DNA of 64,000 nt from the human T2T-CHM13v2.0 reference genome, Homo sapiens: assembly GCF_009914755.1 (NCBI RefSeq), contig NC_060934.1. One strand, given 5' to 3'. The position numbers and the translations under genes are program-made. Positions 13,991 to 25,790 of the stretch are shown piece by piece (position 1 is the first letter of the stretch; each line of letters opens with the position of its first letter). The notes below the pieces were generated by a model. It was not told the DNA's origin and did not search any database. It saw only the letters and a list, made by a program, of their open reading frames with translations.

Positions 13991-16699
13991 AGAACATTAT
14001 GGAAAGAAATGTGCCTCCCCACAAGAAATTCATATCATAGAAATAAAAATGATTTCTTGCTGTTTTTCAAATCGTATTTACTGAGAAGAGAATATAAGAT
14101 GACGTTTATATATCTTAAAATATTTGTTTCATTATATTTATTCTAACTAGCTCAGGAATCAACTATTCAGCTCTCATGCAATTGGAGATTATTAGAGAAC
14201 AATAAAAGGGTCTGGGAGACTTTTTACATGGGACCATTGTCTTGAAATACAACTAGATGGAAGGTAGGGTACATGAATATGTGAGTGCTTAATATAATAT
14301 ATTGTTTGTTACCGATCTCAAACTTCTGAGAGTTCCTCGTTGACTCATCTTGTCACTTACACTCATTGTTTCTGAAACTGTTAGAAATTTCAGCTGAGTC
14401 ATTGTTTTCACTATCAGTCCAATTTTAAGAATTTTTTTTTAAATACAAATTATATCACAGTGGAGGAAGTGTATATGACAGCTTTGAATGAAATGTAATA
14501 AATAGCCACTCCACTTGCAGGAAGGAGGGTGGCAGGTCTTTCAAGGCCATATTTTACCAAGCATCTCATTTGCTAGTGCAGGCGATTTGGGAGATGCTGG
14601 CAGGGGAGGAATAGAAAAATCTCTGAAAATGCTTAATTTCATTTTCAATTTAAGTAGCCGGAGCCTACTCAAAGAAATAGTCCCTGGAGTGAAATTTTGC
14701 AGCTGAGAAATTCTTTCAAGTCTTTCCCATTCTGCTGCTAACGTTCCTTAAAGCAAGAAATAGGCCGTTTGGCTCCGTTCTTGTTTTAGTCGCATCTGAG
14801 AGAAGAAAATCCCTCTGATGCTCTGTCCTGTCTTTCCTAATATCTCTATCACAGTTTCTAAAGGTGCTTTCAAGACCAGATGGGCATGCTGGTCCATTTA
14901 TGAGTTTTTCTCAGGGCTAATACTGCCCTCAGTCCTCCCGTGGCCTTTCCACTGAAGTCAGTGGGAACTACATGACTGGATCAAGGTGGGATATATGGCT
15001 CCATGCAAACACTGAAAATTTAAACTCTTTGAAAGAAAACAAGAAAAAGCCAGAGGGATGTGAAAAAAAAATGTGATGAAATGGCCTCAGACAAAAACTG
15101 GAAGCAAATCAGCAATACCACATACATTTGTTGGGATATCAGATTCTATTTTTGAAGAGATATTAAGAGCTAAGGTAATAAATGTAGTCACATTTGGAAA
15201 TAAGAGTGTTATAAAGTCACAAATACCATTATGGACAAAATCAGAAGGTCCTTCAGGACATAAAACTTGAACGGATCTAACATTTAGATAAATGGTGATT
15301 TAGAGTGGTCAACATTGGACTTGTAGGATAGCGAGATATTATATTTTTAAAGCTCTCACCATTGCCTTCTCTTAGAGAATATAGTACATTTATACATATA
15401 GAGAGAACACAGTACAGAGAATATAGTACATTTGGAATTTTTTTCTGATCAGTTTGATAAATCAAATTCACAGTCCTGTGTCTTCCTTTTACCTTGTACA
15501 AGTGAATAAACTTTTTGAGCTAGTGAGTTACCTTCCTGAAAAGAGGGATAAGCATTTGCTGACTGGAAGGTATAATGTGAGTTTATCTTGATTGTTGTGA
15601 TTGCTTTGGTAGCTTTCTGCAATTCTGGGGTGGAAGATATGTGTAAAGTACTCTTAATTATCTGGCTTGTATCTTTTCTAAATTAAGGTTGTTTCCACAT
15701 TTATAAAGTATGAGTTCCACACAGAGTCTTAGAAGAGTAAAACCGCAATCATTTCAACAGTGCAAAGTTGTCAGGAAGAAAAATATGCTATAGAGTATGT
15801 CAACCATTATTGAATTTAGATTGTAGATGTACAATACTCTTAATTTTACTCTTCAGGACAAAGAGTTGATTACTAAGAAGGTAATAAACCAACAGGCAAA
15901 CAAACATACTTAAAGATATCAAAAACCCAAACTTGCTGCTTTCAGCTCATTCTGTCATATAATTGAAGGGAAGTAGACAACATTTTCATGTAAGACTAGA
16001 TAATAGGATGTTGGATTTTTTTCCCCATCACTGCTCCATCCAGTATAGAATTGTGTAGTTCATGCTCTCAGATTTTGTTCCCCTAACTAATTAATTCTTC
16101 ATCAGATTCTCCTCGACTGAGAATACTACAGTCTCCAGTATCCCTGAGCCCTAGGGGGCATTAAAGTGACTCACAGACATAACCTCACCACCTGATCCAC
16201 CCTTAACATTGCCCAAGGTAGTGTGGTTTTATAGCAATAAACAGGATTCCTCATCAAAAGCAGTTTCCCCACCACTGCATATTATGCCAGAAAATCGACA
16301 TTATAATTCATTCCTTGCAGGCTGAGTTATTTCCTCTCTCCAAAGAATTCTCTAACAAAACGCAGACATGGCTGGGAGATTTATGCCTAAGGTTAATTTC
16401 TGAAAATCCACCAATAGTTTGGGAGATTGAGAGCAAGATCTGATAAGGATGGAACAAATAATAGGACTTGAGCCCATAAATGGGTTGCTAAGACTTAGGA
16501 CAAAAGAGAGGGAAGTTGAAGGGAGAATGAGAAGATACCAGAGACATATTTAATCTACCTTATAAGACAAGACACTGTAGTGGAAAGAGGATGTAAACTA
16601 AAGAAGAAAACCCACATTTTGTTTCAAATAACTATATTAAAGCAGTATTTGTGAAAAGGCCTTCTTTCTCAGAAATCTCGTTCATGAGATTCTTGAAGA

Positions 16700-16778
16700 A
16701 TCAGCTGGCACGCTGGCCTTTGATTTTCAGTTTTCATAATTGTGTGAAATAGATTTCTGTTATTTAAGCCACCATGTG
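16700..16778 (+). mobile_element. MLT1 LTR 3' fragment
   Basis: 'aattgtgtgaaatagatttctgttatttaagccacc'. Confidence 0.5.
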
Positions 16779-16784
16779 AATATT

Positions 16785-17971
16785 TTTTTTTTCTGAGTAG
16801 TAAGTCTCAACTGTGGGCTTTAAATATTCAGTAACCCTTGCTATAAAAAAGATATGCCGTAATGCAGGCTTTGTTGTTCCATTTACAGAGCACAGGCAGC
16901 GTGGATTTGGCAAAATTCTTATGAGCTCTAGGAGTTTCAGAATGGTAAATAAGCATGGGCTTCAATTGAAAGTCACCAGCTGCAGGGGTTCCTAACAGGG
17001 GAGTCAGCCTGTCCCTTGTAGCTTTGAAGTCAGACATTGACTTCTTTCTAGCTATAAAAGTCCCAAGTGGCATCTTCTTCCAATACAAGGCCCTTTCACC
17101 TACATTGAAAATCTGTTGTTTAGAGTAGCCACCTTCATCAAAGATCTTAGCTTGATCTTCTGGATAGCTTGCTGCAGCGTCTCCATCAGCACTTGCTGCT
17201 TCATCTTGCCCTTTTATGTTACAGAGACAGCTTCTTTCCTTAAACCCCATGAACCAGCATCTGCTAGCTTCAAACTTTTCTCCTGCAGCTTTCTCACCTC
17301 TCTCACCCTTCACAGAATTAAAGAGAGTTAGAGTCTTGCTCTGGGTTAGGTTTTGGCTTAAAGGAAGGTTGAGGCTGGTTTGATCTTCTATCCAAAACTG
17401 TCTCTTTGCATTCACAACATGGCATAAAAGGCTTAGCTTTCTGCCTATCTCAGCTTTTGACATGACTTTCTCAAGAAAGTCATTTCTAGTTTTTGATTTG
17501 TAATGAGAGATATGCCACTCTTCCTTTCACTGAAATACTTAGGGGTCATTATAGGGTGATTAAATGGCCTAATTTCAAAACTGTCTCAGGTAATATGGAG
17601 GCCTGAGGGGACAGACAGAGTGGGAGAATGGCTGGCCGGTAGAGCAGTCAGAGCACAAACATTTAGTACATTCGCAGTCTTACATGGATATGGTTCATGA
17701 CACTCCAAAACAACTACAATAGTAATATCAAAGGTCCTTGATCACAGAAATAATAATATAAAAATTATCATATAATAATATAACAATAATAATTTTGAAA
17801 TATTGTGATACTTACCAAAATGTGACACAGAGACATGAAGTGAGTACCTGCTGTTGGAAAAATAACACCAACAGACTTCCTTGAGGGAGTTGTCACAAAC
17901 CTTCAATTTGTAAAATCTGCAATATCTGCAAAGTAAAATAAAGCAAAGTGCTATAAAACGAGGTATGTGGG
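16785..17971 (-). mobile_element. Tigger1 DNA transposon, 5' half
   Basis: Reverse 5' TIR 'gcaaagtgctataaaacgaggtatgtggg' followed by TA; clear transposase homology in the translated frame. Confidence 0.95.
16828..17463 (-). pseudogene. Decayed Tigger1 (pogo/CENP-B family) transposase reading frame, 211 aa
   Basis: MSKAEIGRKL, WIEDQTS, KFEASRCWFMGFKERS, QIFNVGERALYWKKMP and KPMLIYHSETPRA match Tigger1/TIGD1-type transposase; first catalytic Asp (NVDET) changed to G; C-terminal half absent. Confidence 0.9.
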
Positions 17972-19628
17972 TATTGAAATTAAGCATAAGATTTTGTTAG
18001 GTAGAAACAATGTTGCGCCCTAATGAAAATAAAATGTTTTTGATTCCTCAGTGATCAGAGGGAAATATAGATCTACATAAAATTTGAACTCTTTCTATTA
18101 AGAGAAACTATAATCCAATATCCCTTATGAATATAGATGCAGAATACTCAACAAAATAATAGAACAACAATTCCAGCAATATATACAAAGGTCAATACAC
18201 CATTATCAAATAGAATTTGTCCCTGGAATGTGAAGTTAGTTTAACATCTAAAAAGCAATCCATGTAATACGTCAATGTTAAATGGACTAAAGAACAAAAA
18301 CCACATAATTATGTCAACATATGCATAAAACACATTTGAAAAAATCCAACACCCTTTCATGATAAAACTATGAACAAACAGGCAATAGAAGGAAACTTCT
18401 TGAGCCTGATATATGGCATGTAGGAAAAATTCACATGTAACACCATACTAAATGGGGTAACTGAGTTTCTCTTCCTCCAAGATAATAAACAAAAGCAGGA
18501 TGTCTGTTTCACTTCTATTCAACATTTTTCTGGAGTCTATCCAGGGCATCATACAAGTTTTAAAAAAGAAAAATGTCCAGATTGAAAAGAAAGAAATAAA
18601 ACTACCTCTACTTTCAGATGACATGATCTTGTACATAATAAAATGTAAGAAACCCTGTGGAAAACTATCAGAGCTATTAAGCAAGTTCAATAAGGTAGCT
18701 AGGCACATGTTCAATATTTTAAAAAAATAGACATATTTCTACATACTAGAAATGGACAATCCAAAAATGAACTTAAAAAATTTTAATTGTCAATATTATA
18801 AACACAAAATATTTATGAAGAAATTTAACAAACACGTGTAAGAGTTTTATAACAAAACTTACAATACATTATGGAAAGAAATTGAAGAAAACTTAAAAAT
18901 GGACTGACATCTCATATTTATGGATCAGAAGATTTAATATTTCTAAAAAAGGGTGTACTCCACAAGTTGATCTATAGATCCAATATAATTATCAAAACCC
19001 AAGCTGCTTTTAAAAAATAGAATTTGGCAAGCAAATTCTAAAATGAATATGAAAATGCAAGGGAACAAGACTAACTGAGACAATCTTGGAAATCAGCAAA
19101 GCTAGATGATTTATACTTCCCAAGTTTAAAACTTCATACATATCCACAGTAATAAAAAAGGTGTGGTACTTACAAAAAGATAGACTTCTAATATAAATCA
19201 ATGGAATAGAAATAAGATTCTAGAAATAAACTTTTAATTTATCATCAAATGACTTTTGGTAAGAATGCCAAGACAACTCCATTGGGAAAGTACTATCTAT
19301 CAAACACATGGTGCTGTGACAAATGAATATCAAATGCAAAATAATGAAATTGGACCCTCCTGCATACCATATATAAAAATTAACTCAAAATAGATCATAG
19401 ATCTACACATAAGAAGTAAAACTATAAAAATCTGATAAGAAAATGTGAAAGTAAATATTTTTGTCCTTGGAATAAGGAATATTTTCTTAGATATGATGCC
19501 AAAAGCACAAACAACAACAACAAATGAATACATTAGTATCCACTACATTGATGATCTACAATAATCAAAATTAGATGATCTACAATCATCAAAATTAGAA
19601 AACTTTGTACCCAAAGAATGTCATTAAG

Positions 19629-19935
<307 letters not shown>

Positions 19936-20590
19936 AAAGAATGTCATTAAGAAAGCGAAAAGTTAACTCACCAAATAGGTAAAAATATTTGCAAATCATA
20001 GGTCTCATAAGAGATTCATACAGATTATGTAAAGATGTCTTAAATTCAATAGCAAAAGGTCACTCTGTTATACAATGACTAATTGATCTAAATAGATCTT
20101 CTTCCAAATAAGATATAAAAATTGTCAATAAACACATAGAAAGGTGCTCAGCCTCATTGGTCATTAGGAAAATGTATGCCAAAATCACAATAAGCTACTG
20201 CTTCATGCCTATTTTATTTTAAGATGGCTAAAATAAAAAAGATAGACAATAACAAATGTTGGCAAGGTTGTAAAGAAACTGGAACCCTGATATATTGTTA
20301 ATGGGATTGTAAAATGGTACAACAGTTTTGGAAAACACAGTGGCAGTTCCTTCAAACGTTAAGCATAGAGTTACCTTATGAACCAGTTATTCCCTTCCTA
20401 GGTATATGTCCAAGAGAAGGAAATAAATACATATGTCTATATAACAATTTTAGGAATGTTCACAGCAGTGTCATTCACAAAAGTGAAAATATGGAAACAA
20501 TTCAAATGCTTATCAACTGATAAACGATAAACAAAATGTGGTATATCCATACAATGGCATATTATTTGGCAATAAAAATCAGTGAAGTAC

Positions 20591-20944
20591 TGATACAGTT
20601 TGGCTGTGTCCCCACCCAAATCTCACCTTGAATTGTAACAATTCCCATGTGTCAGGGGTTGGGCCAGGTAGAGATAATGGAATCATGATGGCAGTTTCCT
20701 CCATAGTGTTCTCATGGTAGTAAATAAGTCTCATGAGATCTGATGATTTTACAAAGTGAAGTTCCGCTGCACAAACTCTCTTGCCTGCCACCATGTAAGA
20801 TGTGACTTTGCTCCTCTTTTGCCTTCTGCCATGATTGTGAGGCCTCCCCAGCCACGTGGGACTGTGAGTCAATTAAACCTCTTCCCTTTACAAATTACCC
20901 AGTCTTGGGTATGTCTATTAGCAGCCTGAGAACAGACTAATATA
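20591..20944 (+). mobile_element. THE1 (THE1B/C) MaLR solo LTR
   Basis: 'tgatacagtttggctgtgtccccacccaaatctc' ... 'gcagcctgagaacagactaatata'; approximate 5-bp TSD agtac/cgtac. Confidence 0.93.
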
Positions 20945-21427
20945 CGTACTTATACATCAACATAAACAAACCTGAAGATATGCCAAGTGAAAGAAGACCA
21001 CAGATTGTAAGATTCTATTTAGAGGAAATGTCTAGAATGGACAAATTCATGGAGATAGAAAACTAGATCAATGGTTTTTAGTACCTAAGGGGAGAAGGGA
21101 ATGAACAGTGATTTTTAATGGGTATGAGGTTTCTTTAGGAAGAGATGAAAATATATTAAAATTAGATTGTGGAGATGATTGAACAACTCTGAATATACTA
21201 ACAAAATGTTGAACTGTACACTTTGAAAGAGTGAATTTTATGGTATGAAAATTATACGTCAATACAGCTGTAATAAAAATTACCAAGAGACATTACTCCT
21301 GAAATAAAATGTCAGAAGTAGCAATTATTGCTAATGATTTTAGTCCTTATTTGGTGGTTTTGCAGCAAGCTCCTTCTTAAATAGCATTTCATTTAATCAC
21401 AGCAACACCTTACAGACATGGGAACCC

Positions 21428-21524
21428 TTACAGGCTGAATTTCATCCACACCCTTCAAATTCATATGTTAAAGTCCTAATACCTAGTACCTCTGAATGTG
21501 ACCAGATTTAGAGATAGGGTCATT
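21428..21524 (+). mobile_element. MLT1 LTR 5' fragment
   Basis: 'aaattcatatgttaaagtcctaatacctagtacctctgaatgtgacc...gagatagggtc'. Confidence 0.75.
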
Positions 21525-21563
21525 AAAATGACAAAAACCACAATTACTTTTACACCAACCTAA
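21525..21563. mobile_element. Half MADE1 (Hsmar1-derived MITE; one TIR)
   Basis: 'aatgacaaaaaccacaattacttttacaccaacctaa' matches the MADE1 arm (aatggcaaaaaccgcaattacttttgcaccaacctaa). Confidence 0.85.
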
Positions 21564-22045
21564 TGATGTAGGAGTTAAGAAGAATTTATTTAGGCAGATA
21601 GCAAGGGCATAGGAGTCCTCAGTAAGGTCTGCCGTTTAATGAAAAGCAGCCACCAAATCATTTTCTTTCCTAACGAAGAGCAGTCTGTAAAAGTGAGCTG
21701 CAGACACAGACAAGCAAGCTGGGAGCTTGCAGGGGTGAATGACAGCAGTTGTACCCACAGCAATATACTACATGGGACTAGGCATGTTCAAAATAGCTGC
21801 TCCATCTTCCCTTCTCTTTGCCAAATTGCGTGTAGAGTAAGGAGAAGAAAATATGGCGCTAGGCAGGCAAATACCCTATTTGCATAATAAGATTAGGGTG
21901 GGGTGACCAGCCTTCCCTGGTGGTATGTAAAAGTTACATCTGCTTGAACCAATCTGTGGACCCTATGTAAATCTGACACAGCCCCTTCAAGCCTGCCTAT
22001 AAAGTCTAGCACGATCCACAAGAGGCCAGATTTTCCTTTTGGAAG

Positions 22046-22089
<44 letters not shown>

Positions 22090-22248
22090 TCTCTCGCAAG
22101 GGAGAGAGCTGTTCTCCTTTCTCTTTCTTTTGCCTATTAAACCTCCACTCCTAAACTCAGTCCTCCTCTTTGTCTGTCTCCTTAATCTTCTTGGCAAGAG
22201 ACGACAGACCTTGGGTATTTACCCCAGACAACGAACGACACCGCTTCA
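21564..22248 (+). mobile_element. ERV1 solo LTR, MER61-like, full length
   Basis: TG...CA ends, 4-bp TSD ctaa/ctaa, TATA-like ctataaag (~21997), attaaa (~22136), internal (CT)n 22047-22095; 5' sequence 'ggagttaagaagaatttatttaggcagatag' recalled as MER61. Confidence 0.85.
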
Positions 22249-23169
22249 CTAACAGCATTATGATTCATAGCAGGATAAGAGAAAGAGCAAATACCAGTTT
22301 ACGAGAAAAGAAGCTCAGATTTAAAGACTGCCTATGACAATAAACAACTTCCATGGCTATAAATGATGGGGAGAAAGATGACTAATTTTATATATTTCTT
22401 TTTAATCCTCCAACTTACTCTACCATAGACTGAGAATCTATGTCAAGACAGAGTCTGAGAGTTTAAGTCAAGTTACAAGACATTGAGCTTCTTACGATTG
22501 AGAGACTAAGTGTATTATTTGTCAGCAAAGACAAAGTGTGCAAGCAAATGCCAGATTTAGTTATATAGTCTGGAAAAGAATTTTGTTTTTTTTTTATGAT
22601 TTGTGGGTGATCTTTGTGACCTGTGTGTATAGAAATTTTATAGTAGGTAATTCTCAAGTGTGATCCTGCAAAAGCTAACTTTATAAAGTCCTCAAAATAT
22701 TCGTTCTGATTCTCTGCAGGAGAAAACATGGATCTTGAAGTTATCAAGGAGAATAAAACTTTGTCTTTTATATCTGCAAATTATTTGACTTTGAAACTCA
22801 GAATATACTGAAAATATATAAGAAAATGTTTATACTAAAAAGATAAATAGATGATAAATATCACTGATATATTATCATATAACCTATGTAATAAACTATA
22901 TATTCTATATAATAAGGTATATTATACAGAATTTATAATTATGTAAGTAAATTATATGTAATATATAATTATAAGTAAGTTATACATAATTTATGTATAT
23001 GTATAAAATTTGCTGATTGGAAAACCCTGTTGTGGGGGAAATTACTTGTTCCATTCCTGTCATTTATATATTTATATATTAGTTAAAGAGACAAGGAGGT
23101 TAGTATATATTTATTACGTTTTTAATAATTCCAATGCCTAATATGACATTTAATTCTAATAATAATACA

Positions 23170-23310
23170 TATGTTACAATTAACCCCGTTTATAAATGGA
23201 GAAAATTGAGACTCATGAATATTAAGTGAATTGTCACATGGTACAGACATCAAGAGGTATGGGCTAAATTAAAACTCAGTCTTCTAATTCTTATGTCTAT
23301 GTGTTTTTAA
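23170..23310 (-). mobile_element. MIR SINE fragment
   Basis: 'ccccgtttataaatggagaaaattgagactcatgaatattaagtgaattgtcacatggtac'. Confidence 0.7.
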
Positions 23311-23657
23311 ATATCTACTATATCACTTTCCAATTAAATATGCATAGCCTTGGAATATTCTAATAATAAATTTTAGGTGTGTCTACAATTGTCATGGTGA
23401 CACAACTTTGTCAAGAGGACAGGGTGGCTCGAATTTCATCTCAGACTTTTCTCTGTTTGAAAGGAATGTTAGCACACAGCTCACAGGGTTTTTGAAGGCA
23501 AATATGGTGACACAGTGTGTGCCATCTGCTATGAACTCATCACAATTGAGTTTCTCTCTTCCCTTCCCCATAAGCTTTATATTCATCAACAGGAGTTGGT
23601 AGGTAGGAGGACTTTCTTCAGGATAAATTTAGGAATAAAAAATATCCAGTTAATTAG

Positions 23658-23990
<333 letters not shown>

Positions 23991-24065
23991 TAAAGAGAAA
24001 GATTTGGTTAGGTGGTCGGTAAGATCCTTTATGGATTAAATAACTATTCATTGTAAATGGTGGAC

Positions 24066-24620
24066 TGTATTAGTCAGGGTTCTCCAGAGGGACAGAAATA
24101 ATAGGATACATGTATATATGAAAGGGAGTTTATTAAGGAGAATTTATTACATAATCAATAGTGAAGTCCCATGATAGGCCGTCTGCAAGCTGAGAAAAAC
24201 CGAAGCCAGTAGTGGCTTAGTCCACGTCCAGAAGCCTCAAAAGTAGGGAAGCCGACAGTGCAGCCTTCAGTCTGTGGCCAAAGGCCTGAGGGACCCTGGC
24301 ACACCACTAGAGTAAGTCCTAGAGTTTAAAGGCCAAAGAATCTGGAGTCTGATGTTCAAGAGCAGGAAGCATCCAGTATAGGAGAAGATGAAAACTGGAA
24401 AACTCAGCAAGCCAGCTTCTTCTACCTTCTTCCACCCGCTTTTTCTAGTGGCGCTGGCAGCCCATTTGATGGTACCACCTACATTGAGGATGGGTCTTCC
24501 TCTTCCTGTCCACTGACTCAGATGTTAATTTCCTCTGACAATACCCTCACAAACACACCCAAAAACAATACTTTACATCCTTCAATCTAATCAAGTTGAC
24601 ACTCAATATTAACCATCTCA
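24066..24620 (-). mobile_element. MLT2A2-like (HERV-L) solo LTR, full length
   Basis: 'tgtattagtcagggttctccagagggacagaa' ... 'tcaagttgacactcaatattaaccatctca'; 5-bp TSD tggac/tagac. Confidence 0.92.
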
Positions 24621-24724
24621 TAGACATTCAATAAATATAAACTAATTTCATTGTGAAATTTGTGACTAATATCATAAACAGAGGCTAATCATTGAACGTT
24701 GTCCTCTGAGGGCAGTAAGTAAAC

Positions 24725-25273
24725 CTATTATCCCCTTAGGGTCTAGCCAGAAAAACTAGAAACTTTCTTCCCCAAGGCAAGTCAAAGAAACCAGAACCCC
24801 TTTTCCCCAAAGCCAGCCATAAAACCTAAAAATATTTCTCTTTCCCCACACCTTTCTGTATAAAAACTGGCCATAAAAACATTAGCTGATCAACCCTGTT
24901 TGACTATTGGTCATAAGATCCCCATTCCAAAGAGTGTCCTACTCCTACAAAATGAAAACAAATTCATACTCAAAGAGGCCCCCCAGAATACAGACAGACT
25001 AAAGTTGCTGGGTTTCCCTACTAAGTCTATCAACATTAGATTATACCCTCTTTATCCAATCATATCTCTACACAGCTACCCATATTTTCTTAAATCTAAG
25101 CATAGAAATAGACAATTTCCTCTGTATCTTTTGTCTTCATTTTGAAGGCTCCTGTGTCAAGTAAAACCATAATCAAATAAATGTATGTGCCTTTCTCCTA
25201 TTCATCTGCCTCTCATGAGTGATTTTCAGGAAACCTTCAGAGAGTAAAGGGTAAGTTTTCCTTGGCCCCAACA
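24725..25273 (+). mobile_element. MER39-like ERV1 LTR (5' boundary uncertain)
   Basis: 'ccccaaagccagccataaaacctaaaaatat' and 3' end 'gattttcaggaaaccttcagagagtaaagggtaagttttccttggccccaaca'; aataaa signal. Confidence 0.8.
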
Positions 25274-25279
25274 CAAGAA

Positions 25280-25540
25280 ACGGTGGTGGAATATATCAAT
25301 ATCTATATGGAAAAACAAACAAATAGCTCAATCTTTATCTCATATCAGAAATTATTTTTAACTGGCTTAGAGCTCTAAACACAAGAGCCAAACCTATAAA
25401 ACTTCTAGTTTAAAAACTAAAATAAAAAGTATAAACCATAAAAGAAAAATGAGTCATGTATCAGTAAAGAAAATCTGCTCTACAGAAAATGAAAATGCAG
25501 ACTACAGAATGGAAGAACTTATCTGCAGAACATATTTATG
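25280..25540 (+). mobile_element. L1M ORF2 3' fragment
   Basis: 'ctaaacacaagagccaaacctataaaacttctag' and 'gactacagaatggaagaacttatctgcagaacatatttatgataaaagact'. Confidence 0.6.
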
Positions 25541-25609
25541 ATAAAAGACTATTTCCAAAATACTGGATATAAAGAATTTTTCACTCATGATAATTTGATT
25601 TAAAAAGCA

Positions 25610-25790
25610 TAACATAAGATTTAAACTCTGACTTTACCACTTAGTAGGCATATAACCCGGAGGAACCTCCTGGACCCCTCAGTAAACTCTGAAAGATGTA
25701 AATAATAATAATAGAATCTAGTCATTGGATTGCTGTAGGTTAACACATACAAAGCATATATGCTGGGCATGTGTTAAGAAAATAAACACT
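25610..25790 (+). mobile_element. MIR SINE fragment
   Basis: 'tttaaactctgactttaccacttagtag' ... 'ataataatagaatctagtcattggattgctgtagg'. Confidence 0.55.

Noticed and set aside
15374-15433. 18-bp direct repeats with spacers (agagaatatagtacattt); similar short duplications at 19550-19599 (24 bp) and 42601-42660 (32 bp)
   Set aside because: Only 2-3 copies in eukaryotic DNA with no cas genes; ordinary slippage duplications, not CRISPR
18500-18730. ORF with a reverse-transcriptase-like motif (LLSDDMILY)
   Set aside because: Short open patch of a heavily disrupted L1 ORF2; not an active or novel RT
22860-23010. Very AT-rich tract
   Set aside because: Low-complexity sequence with no regular period or long dyad
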